Below are positions 52,944-59,966 of a stretch of DNA of 59,966 nucleotides, piece by piece. Under the pieces are notes generated by a model. The model was not told the DNA's origin. It searched no databases and saw only the letters and a program-made list of their open reading frames with translations. The first letter of the stretch is position 1. Every line of letters begins with the position of its first letter. This DNA is from a virus. Its lineage: Duplodnaviria > Caudoviricetes. The stretch is taken from the IMG/VR virus record IMGVR_UViG_3300031451_000149, positions 1 to 59,966 of that record, one strand, 5' to 3'. The position numbers were made by a program, and so were the translations under genes.

Positions 52944-53189
52944 ATGGAGATCATCGGCATCGTCCTGGGCGTGATCTTGACCGTCTGGGAATGGCTGGCG
53001 GGCAAGGCCGCGAGCTTCAGTGCCTGGGGGCACGAACCCTTGACGGGAGGCTACGCACTGACCGGCTTGGCCTTCATCTGGACCTTGCACCTCACAACCC
53101 GTCAGAAGGTCGCCACCCTGTCCAAGCAGGTGGAAGGGCTGCAAAGCCTGATCGTCCAGCTTGAGCATCGGTCTCGAAGGGGCGGGTAG
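52944..53189 (+). CDS. Small antisense membrane protein with coiled-coil tail
   Basis: AAGGAG RBS; two hydrophobic segments. Confidence 0.7.
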   Translation: MEIIGIVLGVILTVWEWLAGKAASFSAWGHEPLTGGYALTGLAFIWTLHLTTRQKVATLSKQVEGLQSLIVQLEHRSRRGG

Positions 53190-53197
53190 GTGCGGCA

Positions 53198-53401
53198 TCA
53201 GGCCACCCGCCGTACAGACTGCCGCGTGAGGCCGGTCAGCTTATCCAGGCCAATGCCCAGCGCCCGGTGCAACTCAACCAGCCGTGCGGGCGGGAACATG
53301 CCGTTGCGCTGCCAGTCGTATACGGTTGAGCGGTCCACACCCAGCTTGTCAGCAAGAGCATCAGGACCGCCAGCATCGGCGATGATGGTGCGCACGTTCA
53401 T
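53198..53401 (-). CDS. cro: Cro-like repressor (leaderless)
   Basis: IIADAGGPDALADKLGVDRSTVYDWQRNG.FPPAR; ATG 7 nt after -10 box. Confidence 0.9.
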   Translation of the reverse strand: MNVRTIIADAGGPDALADKLGVDRSTVYDWQRNGMFPPARLVELHRALGIGLDKLTGLTRQSVRRVA

Positions 53402-53408
53402 GTTGAGC

Positions 53409-53458
53409 ATGTTGGATGTTCCAACGTTCGGCGTCAAGCCCTAGATGGAGGCTCCAAC
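53409..53458. promoter_or_regulatory. Leftward lytic promoter and two operators
   Basis: TTGACG (53437-53432)-17-CAACAT; operators GTTGGATGTTCCAAC 53411-53425 and GATGGAGGCTCCAAC 53444-53458. Confidence 0.85.
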
Positions 53459-53492
53459 CCATCTTGTGTCCGCCCATGCGACAATCTGTCTC

Positions 53493-53837
53493 ATGGATAA
53501 GAATACTCTCTCAGATCGCTTGCGCTCCCTACGAAAGTCTAGGAAAGTCGTCCAAATGGAGGTCGCCGTCGCGGTTGGGATAGCCCGCTCGACGCTAGCC
53601 ACCTTGGAGAGCGGCAAAGACGTTCCCGGGAGAGACACGTTGGTGGCATTGGCGAAGTTCTACGATGTGTCCCTGGAATGGCTCGCCAACGGGGTCGGTC
53701 CGCAACAGGCCGGCGCCGCTGCGGCTCGCACGGAGGAGGAGGCGTTGCTCCTGTATGCGTTCCGCGCGCTGCCCGAGGCAGAGGCCAAGCCGCTCCTGCA
53801 ATACCTCATCACGCGCGTGAAGCCGCCATCCAACTAA
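53493..53837 (+). CDS. cI: CI-like XRE repressor lacking S24 peptidase domain
   Basis: LSDRLRSLRK...QMEVAVAVGIARSTLATLESG...LAKFYDVSLEWL; 114 aa; divergent from cro. Confidence 0.88.
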   Translation: MDKNTLSDRLRSLRKSRKVVQMEVAVAVGIARSTLATLESGKDVPGRDTLVALAKFYDVSLEWLANGVGPQQAGAAAARTEEEALLLYAFRALPEAEAKPLLQYLITRVKPPSN

Positions 53838-53887
53838 GGCGCTAGGCGGGCAGTCCTCCCTCACCGGGGGAGACGCGCCAGAATTTT

Positions 53888-53938
53888 GTTGGCAATGCCA
53901 ACTTTCCCGTTGACGCTTTGTGTTGGATGTTCCAACAT
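53888..53938 (+). promoter_or_regulatory. Rightward early promoter and two operators
   Basis: TTGACG 53910-53915-17-CAACAT; operators GTTGGCAATGCCAAC 53888-53902 and GTTGGATGTTCCAAC 53922-53936. Confidence 0.85.
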
Positions 53939-53963
53939 GCTCCCATAACCAGGGAGCCACCCC

Positions 53964-54278
53964 ATGCCGAACCCGAACCCCAACCCCGACGCCGCGGCCC
54001 AGCCCGCCCTTGAGACCCGCTACCGCGTCCCGGTCGCCTACATGCACGGCGGCGTGCAGCGATACCTCGACCACGGCATCCCGCCCGGCAGTTTCCTCAA
54101 GGCCCTGTTCTCCAACGATCTCAAGGAAGCGTTCCACAAGGCCGACGACCAAAACATCGCACTGATGCGTGAGTGGGTGCGGTTCATGTTCAACGACATG
54201 CCCGGCAATTCGCAGGGCAGCCCAGAGGCCGTAGAGGCCTGGATCGCGCATGGCGGCTTGTCGGGAGAGGAGGCATGA
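53964..54278 (+). CDS. Conserved phage hypothetical protein
   Basis: GGGAG RBS; RYLDHGIPPGSFLKALFSNDL..A...AD..N...GS.EAVEAW. Confidence 0.8.
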   Translation: MPNPNPNPDAAAQPALETRYRVPVAYMHGGVQRYLDHGIPPGSFLKALFSNDLKEAFHKADDQNIALMREWVRFMFNDMPGNSQGSPEAVEAWIAHGGLSGEEA

Positions 54279-54442
54279 ACGCCCCCGCCCCCGCCCCCGA
54301 CCTCGCAACCGCCTTCGGCACCGCAGCCCTGGCGATTCTCGCTGGCAGGATCGGCGCCCCCGCAGCCGCAGAGTTCGCCCGCGCCGTCGTTGAGCCAACC
54401 TATCCCGGCACCCCGGCCCGCACGAAGCAGGACGCGGCATGA
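54275..54442 (+). CDS. Hypothetical protein
   Basis: GAGGAGG RBS, ATGA overlaps. Confidence 0.55.
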   Translation: MNAPAPAPDLATAFGTAALAILAGRIGAPAAAEFARAVVEPTYPGTPARTKQDAA

Positions 54443-54735
54443 GCCTCACCTTCCAGACCACGGGCGAGCCCCTCACAGACCTCGCCATCCTGCTGCGCGC
54501 CGCCCGCGTGGAGGCCGCAGCCCTCCGCAACGAGCCGGACAGCAACGTGCGTGCCTACGTGCGCGTGCTGGAGTGCGAGCTGACGGACCAGATTGACGGG
54601 CTGCAATCGGCGCAGTGTGACGACGATGACGACGCGGCCCGGCGGTCCATGATCGGGCACAACCGGCGCGGGGGCTGGGTGCCGGATGCGCAGGACATGC
54701 ACAACGGCATGGACCGGGCGGAGTTTGGGGGATGA
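54439..54735 (+). CDS. Hypothetical protein
   Basis: 98-aa coupled ORF. Confidence 0.65.
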   Translation: MSLTFQTTGEPLTDLAILLRAARVEAAALRNEPDSNVRAYVRVLECELTDQIDGLQSAQCDDDDDAARRSMIGHNRRGGWVPDAQDMHNGMDRAEFGG

Positions 54736-55073
54736 GCGCCGATCTCGCCCGCAGGCTGCGCGCCATAAAGCTCCAACTCGGAACTCGTGATGAGGCGCAT
54801 TTTCACCTTGAGGCCGCCGCCTACCTCCTCGAAACCAAGCCCAACCAGCCCGACAACGCCCCCTTCTGGATCGTCGTGGCCTTGGACGATCCAAACCCAG
54901 GCGAGCGCGGCACTCGGCCCTACGTCCGCCAGCCCGACGAAGCGACCGCCAAAAAAGAGGCCCGACGCCTGGCCGGTGAATACGGAGGCCGCTTCGCCGT
55001 GCTGCGGGTCATGCACGTCATCGGTTGGCAGGAGGTCCAGATGGACGCCGCCGACCTGCAACTGCCGTTTTAG
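54732..55073 (+). CDS. Hypothetical protein
   Basis: FWIV...AKKEARRLA...FAVL motif common in phage early genes. Confidence 0.7.
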   Translation: MSADLARRLRAIKLQLGTRDEAHFHLEAAAYLLETKPNQPDNAPFWIVVALDDPNPGERGTRPYVRQPDEATAKKEARRLAGEYGGRFAVLRVMHVIGWQEVQMDAADLQLPF

Positions 55074-55082
55074 GAGTGCCCG

Positions 55083-55367
55083 ATGATCGCCACGAAGCCG
55101 TCACCCGCCAAGATGCAGGCCCTGAGCGCCAAGCTGTCCGAGTTGGCGCAAGCCTACAACCGCGACATAGACGCCATGGCCGGGCCGCACTCCGATGCAA
55201 TGCGGAGCGTCGCGGCGGCGTCCCAGGTCTGGCACGCGATCCAGGGTGCCGCCAATCCCGAAGCGGCGCTGAACACGATCATGCACGTCCTGATCGAAGC
55301 CTGCCAGGTCCGCGGCCTGACGATCAAGATGACGGAGGCCGCGCCGTCCAGCCGGGAGATGCACTGA
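55083..55367 (+). CDS. Hypothetical protein
   Basis: AGGAG RBS. Confidence 0.65.
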   Translation: MIATKPSPAKMQALSAKLSELAQAYNRDIDAMAGPHSDAMRSVAAASQVWHAIQGAANPEAALNTIMHVLIEACQVRGLTIKMTEAAPSSREMH

Positions 55368-55702
55368 TGGCCAGCATCCCCGCTCATGACGCGCCACCGC
55401 CAGGTGCCACCGTGCATCCTCGCCCAGCGCCCGTCATGCCCCCGGCTTGCCTGCCGGACGCCGCACCCGCCATGACCGCCGGCACCGTCATGCTCCTGAG
55501 CCAGTATCACGCCCGCCTCGTGGCGCTGGTCAAGATGCACCGGGACAACATGGAGGGGTGGCCGCTCCTGGCCGACGTCTATCGCGATTGGATTGCCGAG
55601 GATGAGGATACCGCCCGGCGCATCGCGTGGGAGCTACGGGGCGCGCGGCGCGGCGACGTGGCGGACCGGCTGGTGGCGGATATGGCGCGGGACTGTGCGT
55701 GA
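55367..55702 (+). CDS. Hypothetical protein
   Basis: Start MASIPAH by TGATG coupling. Confidence 0.6.
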   Translation: MASIPAHDAPPPGATVHPRPAPVMPPACLPDAAPAMTAGTVMLLSQYHARLVALVKMHRDNMEGWPLLADVYRDWIAEDEDTARRIAWELRGARRGDVADRLVADMARDCA

Positions 55703-56226
55703 TGGCCATAAAGGGCATCATCTGTGCGAACTGCAACCGCCCGTCTTGGAAGCATAGCGGAAGCGTCAATCGTTCCAAGCGCATTGGAACGCCGCTGTAT
55801 TGTGGCGCGACGTGCGCTGGCATCGCGCGGCGTCAGGGGAAGAGCATTGCCCAGCGCAAGGCAGAAAAGGCGGTTTATGACACCGCTTATCGTGAGACAA
55901 ACTTTGCCCGTTTGAAGTCTGAGAAAGCCGCTTGGTTAAAGCGGACATACGATGCGGAAAAGAACAAGGTGCGCGTTAAGCTGCGGATGCCGCAGCATCT
56001 TGAATACTGCCGCCGGCCTGAATACCGGGAGCAAAAGAGCCGGTATGACCGGGCTTACCGGATGCAAAAGCATTACGGCCAGTGGTGGCAGGCGTCAATG
56101 ATCCTGCTGGACCTACAAGCCGAGATAGCAAGCCGGATCACCCGGTATGAAATTGCCCAGCAAAACGGGCTTCTGAATAAGTCAACCAACCGGAGACGCG
56201 AATATGACCGAACTCACTGCAACTAA
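55702..56226 (+). CDS. Zn-ribbon basic protein (HNH-like N-terminus, no nuclease motif seen)
   Basis: CANC...YCGATC; Lys/Arg/Tyr-rich helix; lower GC. Confidence 0.7.
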   Translation: MAIKGIICANCNRPSWKHSGSVNRSKRIGTPLYCGATCAGIARRQGKSIAQRKAEKAVYDTAYRETNFARLKSEKAAWLKRTYDAEKNKVRVKLRMPQHLEYCRRPEYREQKSRYDRAYRMQKHYGQWWQASMILLDLQAEIASRITRYEIAQQNGLLNKSTNRRREYDRTHCN

Positions 56227-56410
56227 CCTCAAGAACGCCCTTTGGGAGACGCTGAACAGCGTCAAGTCGGACGTGATGCAGCCCGCTCAGGGCGATGCCA
56301 TTGCGGCCCAGGCCAGGGAAATCCTGCGGACCGTCAAGACGCAGTTGCAGGTGTGCGCGCAAGCCAAGCGTCCCGTGCCCGGCGACGTGATCCAGTTTGC
56401 GGAGAAGTGA
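56204..56410 (+). CDS. Small helical phage protein
   Basis: GGAG RBS; LKNALWETL...AIAAQAREILRTVKTQL. Confidence 0.7.
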   Translation: MTELTATNLKNALWETLNSVKSDVMQPAQGDAIAAQAREILRTVKTQLQVCAQAKRPVPGDVIQFAEK

Positions 56411-56411
56411 C

Positions 56412-56657
56412 ATGCCCGCCGCTATCCCCATCCCCTTCTGGGGCCTCCACCACCGCGCCCTCCCCCTGTCCGCGCAGCACGCCGCGCGTGTCCCCGGCGG
56501 CATCGGGCGCGTGATCGGCGTCACCACGCTGGCCGGCGATGTCGTCGGCTGGACGGTGGTGGTCGGCGGGCGGGCGGTGCGGGTTGATCCGTGCGACGTG
56601 CGGCCGATGGGGCGGCGGGTGGCTTTGGTTTCCGAGACCCCGGAAGGAGCAGCGTAA
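56412..56657 (+). CDS. Hypothetical protein
   Basis: GGAG RBS; SH3-like beta pattern. Confidence 0.5.
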   Translation: MPAAIPIPFWGLHHRALPLSAQHAARVPGGIGRVIGVTTLAGDVVGWTVVVGGRAVRVDPCDVRPMGRRVALVSETPEGAA

Positions 56658-56848
56658 TGGGACAGCACGCAGACGACATGCTGGAGGGTTTTGTTTGCCA
56701 GGAGTGCGGCGAGTTCTTTGATGACATCCTGAACGGCGGGGACGCGCCGGGGTATCCGCGCACATGCGACGGCTGCGAAAACACCCGGCGATGGGGGAAA
56801 CCCACGGCATCGCCCGCACATGACGTTGAACCAACGAGGACAATATGA
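56657..56848 (+). CDS. Small zinc-ribbon protein
   Basis: AAGGAG RBS; MGQHADDMLEG.VCQECG...GYPRTCDGC. Confidence 0.7.
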   Translation: MGQHADDMLEGFVCQECGEFFDDILNGGDAPGYPRTCDGCENTRRWGKPTASPAHDVEPTRTI

Positions 56849-57615
56849 ACGAGATCGCCGCCCGCCCCGAACCCGCCTTGCCGTCTGCCAGCCTGCCAGA
56901 GTCCAGCAGCCTCCTCGCCATCATCGCCCGTGCCGCCAGCGACCCGCAGGTGGACATCGCCAAGATGCAGGCGCTGCTGGACATGCAGGAGCGCATCATC
57001 GCTAAACAGGCGGAAGCTGAGTTCAATCAAGCGTTTACCCGATTGGTGGTCAGGCTGCCCCGCATCAAAAAGGATGGCCAAGTGTCTTATCCGGATAAGC
57101 AGGGCAACCCAAAGCTTGCGTTCAAGTTCGCCAAGTTAGAAACGATAGACAGCGCCATCCGCCCACTGTTAGACGAGGAAGGCTTCTCTCTGTCTTTTAA
57201 CAGTGTGCCCCGTGCTGACGGCGGTGGCATTATTGTCACTGGCACGCTGCGGCACACGTCTGGCCATACGCAGTCCGCCTCAATTCCGTTGGCCCTTGAT
57301 GCGTCCGGCGGCAAAAACAACCTTCAGGGTATGGGTAGCACGTTCAGCTATGGGCGCCGCTATACGACCATGATGTTGCTCAACGTCATTACCGAGGATG
57401 AGGACGACGACGGCAAGTTAGGCGGCACCGAGTTTGTCAACGCGGCACAAGTCGCTGAAATTGAGCAGCTCATCACAAGCGGCGGCATTCCACGAGACCC
57501 GTTCTTGGAGTGGATCGGCGCCGTGCGGGTGGAGAACATCCAGGCGGCAGACTTCACGACGGCGAAGAATGCGCTGCTCAAGAAGGCGCGCAAAGGCGGG
57601 AGTGCGGGGCAGTGA
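56845..57615 (+). CDS. erf: ERF-family single-strand annealing protein
   Basis: DIAKMQALLDMQER...LRHTSGH...KNNLQGMGSTFSYGRRY...EDDDG. Confidence 0.92.
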   Translation: MNEIAARPEPALPSASLPESSSLLAIIARAASDPQVDIAKMQALLDMQERIIAKQAEAEFNQAFTRLVVRLPRIKKDGQVSYPDKQGNPKLAFKFAKLETIDSAIRPLLDEEGFSLSFNSVPRADGGGIIVTGTLRHTSGHTQSASIPLALDASGGKNNLQGMGSTFSYGRRYTTMMLLNVITEDEDDDGKLGGTEFVNAAQVAEIEQLITSGGIPRDPFLEWIGAVRVENIQAADFTTAKNALLKKARKGGSAGQ

Positions 57616-58289
57616 GGGCAGCGACGGACCTAGCCGGATGCCGGTTCGGTCGCCTATCTGTCTTATCACGAAATGGTAGCCATCGTTATTCCGGTGGCGC
57701 ACATGCTCTATGGTTGTGTCGCTGTGACTGCGGGCAAGAGAGAACGTTCATGGCTACCAATCTGGTCACTGGCAAGACAGCATCATGCGGATGCTTAATG
57801 CGTGACCGCGTTACCACGCATGGACGAAGCAGGTCATCCGAATATACAAGCTGGAAAGAAATGAAGCGGCGCTGTGAAAACCACATGCACGAGTCTTTCC
57901 ACAATTATGGCGGGCGTGGGATCAGGGTGTGTGAGAATTGGCACTCCTTTGCCATATTTCTTTCTGACATGGGAGAAAAGCCAAGCAAAGAATATACTAT
58001 AGAACGCCTAGATAACCACCGTGATTACGAGCCAGGCAACTGCAAGTGGGCTACCTCTTCTGAGCAAGGTCGCCATAAGAGAATGCTGTCAAATAATACC
58101 AGCGGCGTAACCGGCGTGTATTGGAGCAAGGACGCCTTGCGCTGGCACGCAAAGATCAAGGTGGGCGGAAAATCCAAGCATCTAGGGTCGTTCCATACTA
58201 AGGATGATGCCATGGCCGCTCGCAAAGCGGCTGAGACGGCGCACGGATTTCACCCACAGCACGGAGGGCCGCGACATGCGGATCATTAA
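57612..58289 (+). CDS. HNH-AP2 homing endonuclease
   Basis: DLAGCRFGRL...WLCRCDCG...YGGRGIRVC..W...IERLDN..DYEPGNCKW...NTSGVTGV...WHAKI...HLGSF; low GC. Confidence 0.9.
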   Translation: MRAATDLAGCRFGRLSVLSRNGSHRYSGGAHALWLCRCDCGQERTFMATNLVTGKTASCGCLMRDRVTTHGRSRSSEYTSWKEMKRRCENHMHESFHNYGGRGIRVCENWHSFAIFLSDMGEKPSKEYTIERLDNHRDYEPGNCKWATSSEQGRHKRMLSNNTSGVTGVYWSKDALRWHAKIKVGGKSKHLGSFHTKDDAMAARKAAETAHGFHPQHGGPRHADH

Positions 58290-58977
58290 CTGCGAGCAAG
58301 GCGGACCGGAATGGCTGGCCGCGAGACTGGGGATACCGACTGCCAGCATGTTCAGCAAGATCGTGACCCCAACTGGCGCTTTCTCTACATCGTCCCGCGA
58401 CTATGCCTATAGGCTGGTAGCGGAGCGCCTGCTGCGTCGCCCGCTGGACAATATAGATCATGTGGAAGCCATCACCCGTGGCAAAGAGCTTGAGCCAGAT
58501 GCAGCAAAGCTTTACAATTTCGAAAACGATGTTCAAACGGTGCAAGTGGGGTTTATCACGACTGATGATGGTCGCACGGGAGCAAGTCCAGATCGCTTGG
58601 TGGGCAACAGTGGCTTGCTAGAAATCAAGGCGCCTTCCGCAAATACCCAAGTTGGATATCTTTTGAACGGCTTTGACGCGAAGTATAAGCCCCAGGTCCA
58701 GGGGCAGCTTATGGTGGCCGAGCGCGATTGGTGCGACTGGATGACGTTCCACCCGGAAATGCCGACCGTCGTGGTCCGCATCGGGCGCGACGAGGAGTAT
58801 ATCGCCAAGTTGCGCGCAGCCCTGTCCGAGTTCAACGACGTGCGCGAGGAGATGTATCACCGCGCCCTGGCATCGGGCGCGTTCCAGGTCGCTCCCCAGG
58901 TCCGGACACCCCACGAACAAGCATACGCGACCGAGCAAATGAGCGACGCCGACGAGTTCGGGGAGGCGTTCGCATGA
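58276..58977 (+). CDS. Lambda-exonuclease/YqaJ family recombination nuclease
   Basis: EQGGPEWLAARLGIPTAS...RGKELEP.A...GASPDRLV...LEIKAP...QVQGQL. Confidence 0.92.
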   Translation: MRIINCEQGGPEWLAARLGIPTASMFSKIVTPTGAFSTSSRDYAYRLVAERLLRRPLDNIDHVEAITRGKELEPDAAKLYNFENDVQTVQVGFITTDDGRTGASPDRLVGNSGLLEIKAPSANTQVGYLLNGFDAKYKPQVQGQLMVAERDWCDWMTFHPEMPTVVVRIGRDEEYIAKLRAALSEFNDVREEMYHRALASGAFQVAPQVRTPHEQAYATEQMSDADEFGEAFA

Positions 58978-59579
58978 ACGACTTCGAAGCAGGCCAGCTC
59001 GCCATGCGCGCCCGCGCCCAGCGCGCCGCCGGGGAGGCCGCGCACCGCCACGAGGGCCACGACGGCTACAACAGGGTGACGGACGCCGCGGTGATCCGCC
59101 AGACGCAGGCGTGCGTGGACGCGATTGGGGCGCTGGATGTGGAGGTGGAGCCGGCGGCGCCCGTTCAGCCGCAGCTTGGTACGCAGGCGATGGCGTTGGA
59201 AGCGGCAGCGCGGGCGTGCGAGGCCGCGGCCGAGGATGTCCGCGCTGCCAATACATTCCGGGACCGTGTTGACCAAGTAGGCGTGTTCGGCTCGTCCGTC
59301 GCCGACGACTGCGCCAAGCGCATCCGCGCGCTGGGTGCCGCCCCGACGCCGGCCTTGGCGCAGGAGGGCTGGCAGGACATCAGCACGGCTCCGCGAGACG
59401 GACAGCCAATTCTGGCGTGGGATCCGTATTACTTGATGCGATGTGCCCGACCTGATCCTAGCAGCGGATCGTGGCTAACCGATTTACCGTATGGCGTAGA
59501 GCGCGGCGAACGTGAAATGCGGATTGAGCCGACCCATTGGATGCCGCTCCCCGCCCCACCCACCGGAGCAGCGCCATGA
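58974..59579 (+). CDS. DUF551-like phage protein
   Basis: ALEAAARACE; WQDISTAPRDG...EPTHWMPLPAPP. Confidence 0.8.
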   Translation: MNDFEAGQLAMRARAQRAAGEAAHRHEGHDGYNRVTDAAVIRQTQACVDAIGALDVEVEPAAPVQPQLGTQAMALEAAARACEAAAEDVRAANTFRDRVDQVGVFGSSVADDCAKRIRALGAAPTPALAQEGWQDISTAPRDGQPILAWDPYYLMRCARPDPSSGSWLTDLPYGVERGEREMRIEPTHWMPLPAPPTGAAP

Positions 59580-59752
59580 AGCGCCCTGCTGAGCCTTCTG
59601 GGCAGACCTACACCGTGCGCGCCGGATCGGATGGCGAGGCCCTTGTCACATCGCCATCAGGGCAGATGGAGTTCATGGGTTTCTGGGCGTTCCTGCGGTT
59701 CACGCTGGCGGCTATGTGGGCTGGCCACAAGATTGAGGTGCAGGATGACTGA
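59576..59752 (+). CDS. Hypothetical protein
   Basis: GGAG RBS, ATGA overlap. Confidence 0.55.
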   Translation: MKRPAEPSGQTYTVRAGSDGEALVTSPSGQMEFMGFWAFLRFTLAAMWAGHKIEVQDD

Positions 59753-59966
59753 CCTGTTCACCTACACCCCGCCCGCGCCCGCAGCACCCCGTCCCGCCCT
59801 GATCGGCCCGCACGCCGTCCGCTACGGCCCGTGCCCGCTGGGCGTCCTGGCCGAAGTCGCGCTGTCGCCAGGGCCGGGCGGCGGCGCTGCTGTGGGGCGC
59901 GACCGGGCGCACGCGGAGCGGCTGGCAGGGGAGATCGTCGCGGCGCATAGGGAGGGGCGGGCATGA
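59745..59966 (+). CDS. Hypothetical protein
   Basis: MTDLFTYTPP...; stop at window end. Confidence 0.55.
   Translation: MTDLFTYTPPAPAAPRPALIGPHAVRYGPCPLGVLAEVALSPGPGGGAAVGRDRAHAERLAGEIVAAHREGRA

Larger units (their letters stand above)
1..59966. mobile_element. Temperate myovirus-type phage/prophage (Bcep781/Aaphi23-like virion module) of an alphaproteobacterium; incomplete, no integrase in window
   Basis: Ordered terminase-portal-capsid-neck-sheath-tube-tape measure-baseplate-fibre-lysis genes on the minus strand, divergent cI/cro switch, ERF/exonuclease recombination genes, GcrA homologue. Confidence 0.95.

Noticed and set aside
1-59966. CRISPR array, tRNA, integrase or att site
   Set aside because: No regularly spaced repeat-spacer array, cloverleaf or recombinase recognised by eye; the integrase probably lies beyond the right edge

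Overview
The window is most of a temperate, contractile-tailed (myovirus-type) phage or prophage of a high-GC alphaproteobacterium; the GcrA-family gene points to that host group. The head and tail genes follow the Bcep781/Aaphi23-like layout (DUF1073 portal, DUF2213, DUF2184 capsid, DUF3383 sheath, baseplate J, DUF2612). From a cI/cro switch at about 53.2-53.9 kb, one long leftward unit runs through replication, terminase, head, neck, tail, fibre and lysis genes. A rightward early unit carries ERF and lambda-exonuclease recombination genes. No integrase or att site is visible in the window. The most unusual content is: (i) an antisense cassette, probably autoregulated, encoding an RHH protein and a canonical PEP-CTERM surface protein, plus a second degenerate PEP-CTERM gene, a stand-alone OmpA-domain gene and an antisense secreted protein, together a set of host-envelope proteins; (ii) a GcrA protein with a duplicated HTH fused to NUMOD3 repeats; (iii) a six-gene candidate neck-appendage module whose first gene shares a domain with a C-terminal extension of the neck protein; (iv) a two-gene antisense cassette bounded by 17-bp direct repeats; (v) an RMF-like gene interrupted by a stop codon and missed by the ORF track. 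Cis-elements read directly from the sequence include a -1 frameshift signal, an iteron/DnaA-box origin and four operator palindromes. Family assignments come from motif recognition by eye, not from database searches.
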